Positions 25,001-36,451 of a DNA stretch of 64,000 nucleotides are shown here, piece by piece (position 1 is the stretch's first letter; each line of letters starts with the position of its first letter). The DNA lies in assembly GCA_032718475.1 (NCBI GenBank), contig JAUCBJ010001865.1:17697-81696 (forward strand), given 5' to 3'. The notes under the pieces were generated by a model. That model was not told the origin of the DNA. It worked only from the letters and a program-made list of their open reading frames with translations, and searched no databases. This DNA comes from Nemertoderma westbladi. Taxonomy: Eukaryota > Animalia > Xenacoelomorpha. The position numbers and the translations under genes were made by a program.

Positions 25001-28000
25001 GCTAGGGATCAGAAACACCTGTATGACCCAGAGATAATTAAGATTGTGGAACGTGACTTTTACGTCGACGACGGTTTACAGAGTTGCGACACAGTAGAAC
25101 GTGCTACAACAGTAGCACATCAATTACGGGACTGCTTAGCGGGCGGAGGTTTTAACCTCACCAAATTCGCCTCAAACAGTGCCGAATTAGTAGACTCATT
25201 CGGAACGACTGAGCGTGGAGGTGGTGACATAGACCTAGAGTTCGAACCACTACCGACGACCAAGGTGTTGGGGCTCTTTTGGGACCCAAACACGGACAAC
25301 TTTCGAGTGAAGGTAAGACTGGACAGTCAAGAAAACACACTGACAAAGAGATCATGCTTGTCAAAATTGAGCCGATTGTTCGATCCATTAGGATTCATCA
25401 GTCCAATAATACTGCAAGCCCGCATTTATATGCGCAGTATTTGGAAGGATGGACTGACATGGGACGAGCCGATCTCATCAGACCAAGTGGACTTATGGAA
25501 GACCTGGGAGGCAGAATTATCTTCGCTAGAGGATTATTCCATACCCAGAGTCTACTTTCCATTACAAACAACATTTCCTGACAGCTTGGAATTACACTGT
25601 TTTTCCGACGCCAGTGACAACGGTTTTGGTGTGGCAGCGTACTTGCGCAGACAAGTAGACTCAGAAGAATTCGATGTTTCGCTCATTACTTCTAAGGCAA
25701 AAACAATGCCTACTAAGTATATGACGACACCACGAGCTGAGCTACAAGCCGCAACCCTGTCAACCACCATCGTGAACCTTATACAGACGGAACTACAGTC
25801 AAGTTTACAGATATTTTATTGGACTGACGCGATGTTGGTTTTATTTTACATAAACAACGACACACTTGAATTCAAGACATTCGTAGCTAACCGTCGCGCA
25901 GAAATTCTAGACCGTTCAATAAAGGAAGATTGGCGACATTGTCCCGGACCACAAAACCCAGCCGATATTGCGTCGCGAGGAATGATGCCTGAGGAATTCT
26001 GTAAACCGGAGAACAAAGAATTTTGGCAACACGGACCCCAATTCTTGCAGAAATCGACACAAGATTGGCCACCGTTATACGACAGCAAGTCTAACACCAT
26101 CCCTAAAGACGCGGAAATTAAAAAACCAAAAAAGGGGAAGGCAAAGAAAAAGACGACGGCGGCTAAACTCAAGAAAAAACCGAAGGCGAAATGGAAAGAT
26201 ATAACTTCAAAGGTCAAGAACGGAAGACTTGCGAGCCTTTCTACACCAGACATATCGCCAGACATATCGCCAGACGGTCAAACAGACACGTTACTAGACG
26301 GTCAACCAGACGTTTTGCCAGACATGTCACAAAATGTTCTACCAGACACTAGTGACATATTGACAAATAGTAAAGCCGCAGTTTCCCTATTGGAGCGGCC
26401 TTGTATTGACAAACTACCAATTTTGACACACTTGAGCAACCATAAGCACGGTGAAACCTCATGTATTACAGATGTGGGTAGTACCTACGCTAATGTAAAT
26501 ACAGGTGTTACTCTGCGCTCAAGAGACATACCAAACTTGCAACCTATGGTGAGACCCGGGATTAATATCGGCAGAAAATTAAGTTTACCGAAACCCACTG
26601 ACCCCATAGAGTTCAAACCACCATTAACGATCGACTTACAAAGTACTGACAATCAAGGTATGAAGACGAAGAAGGACAAATTACTTGTAGACCCGGACGG
26701 ATCAACAGTCAACAAGGGAATACTTACCGGCGGACCCGTGGGCCCTTCTAGTAAATCAAAACCTTCCAAATTCTTTGACTTACCTGATGACGTCACAAAT
26801 ACTCACGTCGACCGTATTGTAAACTTAACAGACTCTTGGACAAACGCTTGCCGAAAATTAGCGTGGATTGTACGTTTTGTACAATACGTTAAAGGCAAAC
26901 GAGACTTTACACGTCGACTTACATTGACTGAGATTGACAGGTGTGAGATTAAATTAATTCGCCATTACCAACTGCGATATTTCGCGCGCGAATTCACATC
27001 TATAAATCAAGGTCAACCAATCAAGTCGTCACCAATATTGAGTTGGAGTCCGATAATTTATAATGGCTTAATTTGTCATAAATCTCGGCTTCAGAACATT
27101 GACTTTAACACAAACTTTAGATACCCAATAATAATACCACAGCATCACGAACTACAATGTGCAATGATACTGGACGCACATTTACATCTAAAACACGCTG
27201 GAAGACACCACTGTCTTTCCTACTTACGTACAAGATTTGTATTAATTAGACCCAGTAAAGCGTTAAGTTCAGTGACACGTACGTGTATTATTTGTAAAAA
27301 GGTACATTCTAGAATAGGTACCCAAGAAATGAGTGAACTTCCACAAGCACGACTTCAAGCATTCAGACCACCTTTTACAGAGACTGGAATTGATTGCTTT
27401 GGTCCCATACATACGAAACGTGGACGTATACTAGTAAAACGCTGGGGACTGATTTTCACATGTATGTCCAGTAGGGCAGTTCATATTGAACGTGTGATGG
27501 ATCTTTCCACCAACGCGTTTATACTAGCATTGCGGCGATTTATCGCTAGACGCGGACTAGTGAAATGCTTGTACTCAGACCAAGGGATAAACTTTGTTGG
27601 TGCTCGAAATGAGATTGCTAGAGCCTTTAAGAAATTAGATCATGATCAAATCTCAAACGAACTACGTCCTCACAAGATTGTTTGGAAGTTTAATCCTCCA
27701 GATAGTCCATGGAGAGGCGGAGTCTGGGAGAGATTGATTAGATCTATAAAGACAGCCATGGCAAAGGTCATTCCAGTAAACCACATATTGACAGACGACC
27801 AACTGACAACACTGTTTGTTGAAATCGAGGCAATACTAAATACTAGACCAATAGTATTAGTACCCGATGACAAACAATCTCAGTTTGCTTTGACACCGGC
27901 ACACCTGCTTATGCAGGCACCGACCACATTGACGCCTATTTCTATTCCAATAGAAGGCGATAGCTACGGTAGAAAAGCGTGGAAAATCACGCAACTACTA

Positions 28001-28315
28001 GCTAACAAATTCTGGGAAATATGGCAAAACCATTATTTGCCCTCTATTTCTGCCAGAACAAACTGGTAAAATAACACCCGCGCATTAAAGCCGGGAGATC
28101 ACGTGCTGTTAGCGGAAGTGAATCTAAAAAGACGCTTCTGGATAACAGGTGTAATTTTAGCCACACATCCATCTATGGATGGAGTGACAAGAACTGTAAC
28201 GGTACGGACAATTGACGGTCGTACAGTAGACAGACCGACTCAACGTCTCGTACTTCTTGAAGAGACTCGTAACGAGTCTGGAGACTACAAATCTCCAACT
28301 AATATTAGTAAATAA
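22022..28315 (+). CDS. BEL/Pao gag-pol polyprotein (gag core, Zn knuckles, protease, RT, RNase H, integrase); in-frame TAA at 28067-28069
   Basis: PPKFSG (DUF1759-like), three Cys/His knuckles, YAILDSASSHS (protease), YYLPHH/FYVDD (RT), HCFSDAS (RNase H), GIDCFGP/SDQGINF/GGVWERLI (integrase); the C-terminal tail LKPGDHVLL..W..G.I...HP..DGVTR.V.V continues in frame past the stop. Confidence 0.93.
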
Positions 28316-28976
28316 TTAGGAGTTTACAAATAGATTTCCACGTACCTGTACACTGTAGTAAGGACAGCGGTAGAATTCCATTGTCTTTATATGTGAACAT
28401 TGAGGGTAGTACCCTTATGTGTCACATAGGAGCGGGATTTGTAGGTATAAGAAATGGAATTCTACTTGGAACTCACAATATTGAGACATTTTCGAAATTT
28501 TAGACAATCCATTTGGATTTGAAAAATTTTTAAAATTTTCTCCAGTGAATAGATTTCAGGGTACAGTCGGGTGGAATTTAAAATTAGAGAAACAAGAGAG
28601 GAAGACTTGCGAGCCTTTCTTAAAATTTTAATTAAATTTTACACGGTCTTGTTTCAATAAGTTACGTCAATAAATAGACTCCCCTATATTTATTACTAAT
28701 TCTTGATTGCTTATTTTCTGATAATAGTTTGGGATCAAAAAGTGAGTATTTTAGACTCACAGCCAGTTTAGCCCAAATTCGTTTTTATTTCGGCAAAAAA
28801 TTTTAGATAAGAAGCAGCGTGTCATTAAAGAAACCCTAGATCTTAGGCTATGGGTAGGAGGTTAGAGCGTTGTCGAGCCCAAAGGGCAGACGAAACTCTC
28901 ACGTCTTCTCACAACTAACTACAAACTCTGTTGTATTCCCTCTAGTAGTAATGATTATGTAACTACACCCCTAATT

Positions 28977-29516
28977 ATGGAGAAAGGGATACAAGGAGAG
29001 CCGAGATGGGGATATGATATCCAAGAGGAGGCAGCAGCGCCATTCGAAAGATTTGGAGCCAAGGACTACACTATATTTGGTATAAAAGAATTATCAGAAA
29101 GTACTGCGAAACTCGCGAGAACTAAATATGACTCAAATGTATTAAAGAGAAGACAAAATGCATTAAACGAAAGAATCGAAAGTTTGCGCAAAACCTTCAA
29201 CGAACTTTACCCGTACGACGCTTTGTGTGATACGGGAGACATTAGCAAAGACCCCGATACTGAAATTAGTCGTTTGTATCATACCATGCAATACCTGAAG
29301 GCGCACGAACCTATGCCCGCGGTAAGAGATGAATTTGATGGAATGCATCTTTACAGACGAACTCGAGGGGACGATAGAGAAACCAAGGAAGCATTTTCAG
29401 TTTATAAACTTTATTATCAATGCGGTTCTTGTATGCGTGAACAACGAAATGCGATTCCGATGCGTTATTCCGATACGATCGCATTTCGTTGTTCACGCAT
29501 ACAAGAACCGCATTGA
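28977..29516 (+). CDS. Accessory ORF A of the retrotransposon (unknown function; 3' end runs into the hairpin)
   Basis: 179-aa ATG ORF downstream of pol with a CxxC motif; the last ~12 codons derive from the inverted copy. Confidence 0.5.
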   Translation: MEKGIQGEPRWGYDIQEEAAAPFERFGAKDYTIFGIKELSESTAKLARTKYDSNVLKRRQNALNERIESLRKTFNELYPYDALCDTGDISKDPDTEISRLYHTMQYLKAHEPMPAVRDEFDGMHLYRRTRGDDRETKEAFSVYKLYYQCGSCMREQRNAIPMRYSDTIAFRCSRIQEPH

Positions 29517-29726
29517 TAATAAAGTTTATAAACTGAAAATGCTTCCTTGGTTTCTCTATCGTCCCCTCGAGTTCGTCTGTAAAGATGCATTCCATCAAAT
29601 TCATCTCTTACCGCGGGCATAGGTTCGTGCGCCTTCAGGTATTGCATGGTATGATACAAACGACTAATTTCAGTATCGGGGTCTTTGCTAATGTCTCCCG
29701 TATCACACAAAGCGTCGTACGGGTAA
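29207..29726. repeat. 249-bp inverted repeat with 22-nt loop
   Basis: 29207-29455 is the reverse complement of 29478-29726; the ORF track shows identical peptides on both strands. Confidence 0.95.
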
Positions 29727-29748
29727 TAAGGAAAATCCCGAACCGATA

Positions 29749-32700
29749 TTGGCGAGGTGTTCGAACCATCAACAACTACGCTACCAGGAAGGAGGGTATC
29801 CTTTATCGAATCCATATCATTCGTTTGCTATGACCGGACCAAAGGCGGGAGAAACTGTCGTTTACCCACCTAAGGTTGTTGAACCCGATGTATTTGAACT
29901 TACGCTGGAAGAGGCGAATCAGTCAACCCGCGAAAAGAAAGAAGCTCTTAGCCTATACAGAGCCTACAAGGCTTTCGAGAAAGGTGAGATGGAAGAATGG
30001 GGCGGAAGACTCGCGAGCCTACCTTACCATTGGACGTCACACGATCAAACTCCAGCTAAGGAGATGACACCGGAAGTTTTCGAGAGCATAAACTTTGCTC
30101 AAAACGTTATTCAGAGACTACAGATTGCATCCCCGGAGAGGACAAGAGAAATGCAACCATATAGTACTTCAACTACGAAACCATTGAGTACGACACTCAA
30201 TTTTCCTATTAGTATACCAGTCCGACAGGATACGACGTACGAAATACCCATCGTGGATCATCCAGAAATCATTTCAAACTTGGAGTTTCTTCCTGCAGTT
30301 GTTTTCAGCGATATGAGTAAGATATATGATTTACGTAGACATATTACTCAAAAGGTCGTGTACAACGTTCCACCTCATATTCAAGACTTTAAGGAACTGG
30401 ATAGAGCTGGTGCCGATATAGCTCCGAGTAATTTGAAAGGATATTTAACCAAGACGATTCGTTTATGGATTGGAACCGGAACCTTCGAGTCGGATACAGA
30501 TATTGCCGCGGATTGGCGAGGTAAGGTTATTCGTTTCGAAGATGATAAGGACATAGAGAAGATTTGGCAACCTTCGGAAGAATTGTTGGATGAATGGAAT
30601 AGGACGTTTAGATCGTTTCAGGAAAATGGTTACATGTTTTACGATAACGAGGGCGGCAGTCATCAACAGAGTTTGACTTCTAAGACTATACAAATTAGAG
30701 CGGCGGACGGAGTCCTGCACGTTTTCAGTAGACAGAGGAGCGACAAACGAATGCCGATACCTCCAGCGAATACAAAGCGACACCATCTTATCACTGACAT
30801 AGTAAAGAAGATGGACCAAGCTTGTAATATCGACGCTAGAATGCTACCGAAGATGGTAAGAAACATGATTTTAGATAAAACTGTTGTAAAGATTGGATCA
30901 GGAGTAAGGGAGGACTTAATTAGCGACTTCGCCGGCATGACGGACAGCGATGACCGACTACCGACACCTTACGTCGACACTCGACCTCTTATTTTGTGGT
31001 CTATAGAACAGGGATATTTTCGTGAGTATAATACTCAGAAGACTGGAACTGGATACATTTCCTACCTGTTATTCAATTGGGATTATAAGGAAAGTAAGAG
31101 AACCAAGTATATTGAGACTTATGGAGAAGGTGATACTCCAGATATGAGTGAGTTTGAATCACAGCTTAAATGGAGAGGATGCGTGTATTGGGCTATTACG
31201 TCACCTCCAAGAGCGGTCTTACAATATTATTTAGCAATAGAGTCGTCAGTGAATGTTTGCCTAATCGCCGACATTGTGTCTCGGACTCTCAAAAGACATC
31301 CACTTTGTCTCGGAGAAGATCATACGTTCTACATGGAAGGGAGAATTCATACCGACGTGTTTAGACGATTCCTTGAACCCTTCTACAACTCCGACGCTCA
31401 GTGTAATGCCTTTACTCGAGCAGGATTTAGTATATTTCGAGACGTGTATCTTCGCTGTGCGGGATCTCTTATCGAAAGACCATCTATGTTTACATTGTTA
31501 CCCTATGAAGGAGAACGTATCGTGGAGATTACGGATGAATCACGGCAGACGCGCGCGCCTATCGGTCACCTTGGTGATGATTTCGAAGTAACTACTACGA
31601 TCACTGACGATCCTTTAGAGGAACTTCTTGAGATAGAAAGGAACCTCCCGAAGAAATCTCAGACGGAGATTCGACAACTTGAAGCAACAGATGCTATAGT
31701 TTGTATACAACCTTCAGAAACCTACCAACCCATAGATCCAGATGATTACGATTATAGTGTGGGAGGAAGCGCTCGACCGATTGGAGATCTTATATACGAA
31801 CGAGTGTGGTACCCTGCCAATACGATGTGTGGTAAATGTGGCGTCGCTGGACATCATATGACCAAGTGCAGTGGAAAGCACATTACTACGACTCAGCTAA
31901 TCTGTGGATGGTGTGGAGATCAAGGGTCTCATACCTTTTATACTTGCTGGAGATTTATGGCTCAATGTACTTATTGCAATATAAAGGGACATCGAGCATC
32001 TGAATGCCAACTAAGAGACATACCTTATGAACACGAATCTGTAAAACTCGTGAGAAAATTATTCGATGAGTGGGAAGATTTAGCCGACGAACATGTATCG
32101 GCACAAAGAAGACGGTTTCCGATGAGGGCGCATCTTGGATTTTGGGCGGTAAATCCCCAAACGATGATGTCGGAAGGATACATCTCCGCTATGCCCCAAT
32201 ATGACGAACTTATCGAGGTAGTCGATATTTTGCCCCACGACAGTGGATTCCGAGTAGTGCGCGAGTATCTGTTACAGATTCACCCGGATAACAAAAACAC
32301 GTGGAATTTTCAGAAAGTCGTTAATCGCATCACGTATGGTGAATTCGATCGTTTCCGAACTGAAAAGCGGAATAAAGGAGCTTGGTTAACCGTCGCATGG
32401 GCGTACCGAGCCGCGTTTTACCACAAACGTATACGAGCGAGCGTATTCGAGGAAGAGGAGGTCCTAGAGGCGACAAATATACCAGCCACTCCGGTTGCGC
32501 CGTCTGCACGTCACCCTCGGGAGGACGGACAGGGTAGGATCATACGGGTCCAGAAAGTGGGCCAACAGTTAAAGAAGTCTATTAATATAGAAGAACGCAA
32601 GGGAGCTGAGCCGACCATTCGAATTACTCGGGATACGGTATCGCTTCCTAGAGAACCAATAGGAGGATCGGGACATACACCAGCTGATCAAAGGGGGCGC

Positions 32701-32763
32701 AAGCTACTCTTGGGTCTGCGTCGTCCGCTTCCCGCGCGTTCCCAGACGTTCTACCAACTGTAG
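29749..32763 (+). CDS. Accessory ORF B: DEDDy 3'-5' exonuclease-like domain plus three CCHC zinc knuckles (first ATG at 29830)
   Basis: ExoI-like FYDNEG, TIQI, ExoII-like LDKTVVKIGSGVREDL, YVDTR, ExoIII-like LQYYLAIE; CGKCGVAGHHMTKC, CGWCGDQGSHTFYTC, CTYCNIKGHRASEC; no TM or signal peptide evident. Confidence 0.75.
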   Translation: MARCSNHQQLRYQEGGYPLSNPYHSFAMTGPKAGETVVYPPKVVEPDVFELTLEEANQSTREKKEALSLYRAYKAFEKGEMEEWGGRLASLPYHWTSHDQTPAKEMTPEVFESINFAQNVIQRLQIASPERTREMQPYSTSTTKPLSTTLNFPISIPVRQDTTYEIPIVDHPEIISNLEFLPAVVFSDMSKIYDLRRHITQKVVYNVPPHIQDFKELDRAGADIAPSNLKGYLTKTIRLWIGTGTFESDTDIAADWRGKVIRFEDDKDIEKIWQPSEELLDEWNRTFRSFQENGYMFYDNEGGSHQQSLTSKTIQIRAADGVLHVFSRQRSDKRMPIPPANTKRHHLITDIVKKMDQACNIDARMLPKMVRNMILDKTVVKIGSGVREDLISDFAGMTDSDDRLPTPYVDTRPLILWSIEQGYFREYNTQKTGTGYISYLLFNWDYKESKRTKYIETYGEGDTPDMSEFESQLKWRGCVYWAITSPPRAVLQYYLAIESSVNVCLIADIVSRTLKRHPLCLGEDHTFYMEGRIHTDVFRRFLEPFYNSDAQCNAFTRAGFSIFRDVYLRCAGSLIERPSMFTLLPYEGERIVEITDESRQTRAPIGHLGDDFEVTTTITDDPLEELLEIERNLPKKSQTEIRQLEATDAIVCIQPSETYQPIDPDDYDYSVGGSARPIGDLIYERVWYPANTMCGKCGVAGHHMTKCSGKHITTTQLICGWCGDQGSHTFYTCWRFMAQCTYCNIKGHRASECQLRDIPYEHESVKLVRKLFDEWEDLADEHVSAQRRRFPMRAHLGFWAVNPQTMMSEGYISAMPQYDELIEVVDILPHDSGFRVVREYLLQIHPDNKNTWNFQKVVNRITYGEFDRFRTEKRNKGAWLTVAWAYRAAFYHKRIRASVFEEEEVLEATNIPATPVAPSARHPREDGQGRIIRVQKVGQQLKKSINIEERKGAEPTIRITRDTVSLPREPIGGSGHTPADQRGRKLLLGLRRPLPARSQTFYQL

Positions 32764-33852
32764 TGACAACTGATCGGTCACGAGGAATCGGTCGAGGTTT
32801 TGGGATGCCAAATAGACGAATTTGCGAGGAAATAGTCGCACCGTCTCTCAACGTCCAAACGAAACCAGTGACTCGCCCCACGAGTCCCATATCGCGAGCA
32901 AAGTCACCTGTGCGCAGTTTTCGAGGACGCGGCAGGGCTCGATCAACTAAGCGATAAAAGGGAGGGCAAGGGTGGACGGAAGACTCGTGAGCCTTTCTTA
33001 TGATTTTGTGATTTATTTGAATTTATATTTATATTTGTGTTTATTCCGAACTTAAGCAATTTGTATTGTTCCGAATTTATGAAATTTAGAAAGTTTATAT
33101 TTAGAAGGGACTTATATTTGAAAGATTTATGTTTCATATTTGAGATGCAAAGGAGTTTATATTATTCTAAACTTATGCAGTTTATATTTATATTTAGTAA
33201 AGATTTATATTTGTAAGAATTTATATTTTATATTTGTAATTATTCCGAACTTATGCAATTTATATTGTTCCGAATACTATGCAATTTATATCTTATAAGC
33301 AGTATTTGTATTTACAGTGAAATAGAAAGTAAGAGTAGATGGAAGACTCGTGTGCCTTTCTTATAGTTTCATTTGTAAAGTGTTATATTTTGTATTTAGA
33401 AAGTTTTATAGTTAGAAAGTTTTGTACTTAGAAAGACTCATATTTGTAATTATTCCGAACTTATGCAATCTACATTTAGGCACGAAAGTATTTGTAATTA
33501 TTTGAATTTATGCAATATTTGAGATGCAATAGTAGATGGAAGACTCGCGAGCCTTTCTTATGATTTTCATTTATTTGTATTTGTAATTGTTTGAATTTAT
33601 GCAATATTGAGATGCAATAGATTTATATTGGTGAATTTAATTTAGATTTATATTGTACTTACTCAGTAAAGCCTTAACTACGTAAAGTTTGAATTTGTAA
33701 TTATTTTGTATCGAATCATTATGTAGAAAGGAAGTATTGTTTGAAATTTAATTGTAAATATGTAAGTACGCCCTAAGTATTCTATAGTTTGATTGATTAT
33801 TGGTGAAAACCGTATATTTTATGCACGATAATATCCTGTATTCATGGAGCGG

Positions 33853-35778
33853 TATAGAATTATATTCCCTAAATGCCGTGGATTTTCAAAATTTTATTTT
33901 ATTCGAATTAACTTGTTAAAAGATTACTTTGAGTCCTCATTTGTATTGCTATTTCTATTTGTACGCCTATTATTCAAGTGGTTCAGTAGCTCAGTCGGTA
34001 GAGCGTTGGAAATTATATATGTAGTAGGTATTGAGTTCGAATCCTAGTAAGTGCGAATTATTTTTTGTGCAGAATTTCAACTCATTTAAATTGACCGCTA
34101 CAAATTAAATTGCATTTGTCTGTACCTAGATTAGCCAATGAGACTGTAGTTATTAGATTGTAACCAATGTCGTGCAAATTATATATTAGCTGGACCAATA
34201 GCTATCTTTAAAAACCTGTTAGAACCTATAGAACAATCGAGAATTTTCTCGATTGATTGCGGCACAAATTTGGTATATAAAGGTGCGATTTGTTCATTAG
34301 TTATCTAATCAATCACTCACTTATCTTCACTCTCTCTTAACTACTTCTATTCAGAATACATTGTTTATTGTATTATAGTTATTGTTTGATTTTGTAATAA
34401 AAGTTAGAAATACTTGTCACATCAGCCTTTTCTATCTGTTTTACCATGATTCACTACGGTGAACACTCTTAGGAACAGGATGGCCGGCTAGAGATCGGGC
34501 CGCAGCAATGAACGGGAACATCAAGGGAATGTAGACAGGAGACAACCCGCAATACCACCTTAGTTATTCGCCCATCGCCTGAAAGGTTAGACAGCGTTTG
34601 ACGCCTTGCTACCTAAGCGTAAGACCAAAGATCAAAGGTAGAAGTAGTGACACGCTGTAAGCCTAAAATTACATCTTAGGGACTGTACTGTCTTAATTCA
34701 GGAAAAAACCACAGTAGACCTTCACATTCCTACGGGGGGGGGGGGGGGGGGGGGGAGAGCGCAGGCAGAGATACTAGTACGCAGATAGGACGTAGGCACA
34801 CCGGTACGAAGCATACACATTGGTAGGGTGCAGCAAACTGTACGCCTAACTCTTGCTAAGTGCAGGTGCGTCTGTGACTATTTGTAGTACAACGGTGTCC
34901 ATTGCATTAGAACTTGTAGGCTAGGAGGGTTGCTGTGTTTCACCTGAATTAGGATTGTACCGTTCAGGCGGTAGGGCAGTTTACTACTAGGCGCAAATAA
35001 ATCGAGGCTATTAGGGATATACTAACATCTACCGTGTCCCCGCCAACGTCCTGATAGGAAGTTACCCAGCCTACCTAGGTGACTAAAATTCTAGATAGGA
35101 CGCCAGGATAGCTATTAGTAACAGTACGCCTACTGTAGTAAACTAACACATTTCTTCTTAGTATTAGGGACCTGGTAAATTAAAAATTGCCGAATTCTGG
35201 GCGTAGCATTAACCTTATGCCTGAATTTGAGTCCTGGAAATACGCAAGAGGGGAAGGAACCTTATTATTCGTGAGTATTGGACCTACAAGTTGCAAAATT
35301 AGAATATTCGTAAAATGCACACCGTACCCAGTAATTATATATGTGAAGGAGCAAAACTGCTTTGACTGTTCAGAATTAACACACGCGCGTTAGAAATTAT
35401 TTACACCTCAAAATATATAAAAATTAACTTTCGTCCTTACTGTGCTTTGCCCGCTAGTTAGACATCTCCAAATCTCTGCCTCTGTACCTAGCTAGCGTCC
35501 CTTTTGCCCAACCATATAAATCACACCGCGGCAAAGTATACGAGCCCTTTAGTCCGTCAGTGAGTCAGCCTGATTTTAGGATTCGCTGCGCGGGATTTTG
35601 TTTTATCGAAGTTTGTCTGCTCGTAGACTGTTTTCTGCCTCACCGGTTATAAGAGATCGATACTGCAATATATTCGCTTACTTAGAGTTTACTGTTTTGG
35701 TGAGAAGGTCGGATTTATGATTTGATTCACAAACTTTACAGTAGGATATTGCAGGTATTGTTACCGTCTCTTCGAATA
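33853..35778 (+). repeat. 3' LTR (1926 bp)
   Basis: Direct repeat of the 5' LTR; preceded by short purine-rich GGAGCGG (PPT-like); followed by TSD TTTTC. Confidence 0.95.
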
Positions 35779-36451
35779 TTTTCATAATTTAGTCGTACTT
35801 AATGTATGTTTCTTAATTACTAACAACTGATATAAAACAAATAATAATTACTGGCAAAATTACAAAAATAAAAGAAAACATGATGATTCCTGCCGGGCAT
35901 TTTGCTTTCTTTCCTTAGGTAAAACAAAAAAGAGGCAGATAGGGGGCTGGGGTTGGGGGGTTGGTTGACTGTGGATGGAAACAAAATTCCTTCCGTTCCG
36001 GGGTAAAATTGACTAAAATAACAAGTGATTACTCCAAAAATGTAACAGTAACATGTTACAACGTGCCATGCAACTGTAACCTGCTCCTTTCCCTTAATTT
36101 ATAAATTAGTAACATTTAGACGATATATTAATTCGCCAAGATAGGATTTGTGCCTCTCCTGTCTCAAAATAAGACTCCCTATTATGATGAATAATTACTT
36201 TAAAACATCAGACAGTATAATATTTTGATGGTGACATTGTGATATTAATGGTTAATATTATATAACAAATTGATGATTGAAATTGATTGATTGAAATTGA
36301 TTGATTGATAGATCTACAATAAAGTTTATAGCACTTTCTATAATTCTGGTTTTTGATATCAGATGATCGAATATTTCAATAATTTCATACAATATAAGTA
36401 ACAATTGATTTTTAGATCTTATGTAGTATTATCATTTCAATAATAATCAAT

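Larger units (their letters stand above)
17100..35778 (+). mobile_element. Full-length BEL/Pao LTR retrotransposon (18.7 kb), recent insertion, antisense to the host gene
   Basis: Two near-identical ~1.92-kb LTRs; 5-bp TSD TTTTC (17095-17099, 35779-35783); gag-PR-RT-RH-IN order with Pao-type motifs. Confidence 0.95.

Noticed and set aside
29163-29833. Small ORFs on both strands around the hairpin
   Set aside because: Mirror translations caused by the inverted repeat, not independent genes
29749-32763. env gene
   Set aside because: Position fits, but no signal peptide, furin/fusion segment or transmembrane anchor is evident; motifs point to a nuclease-like domain and zinc knuckles
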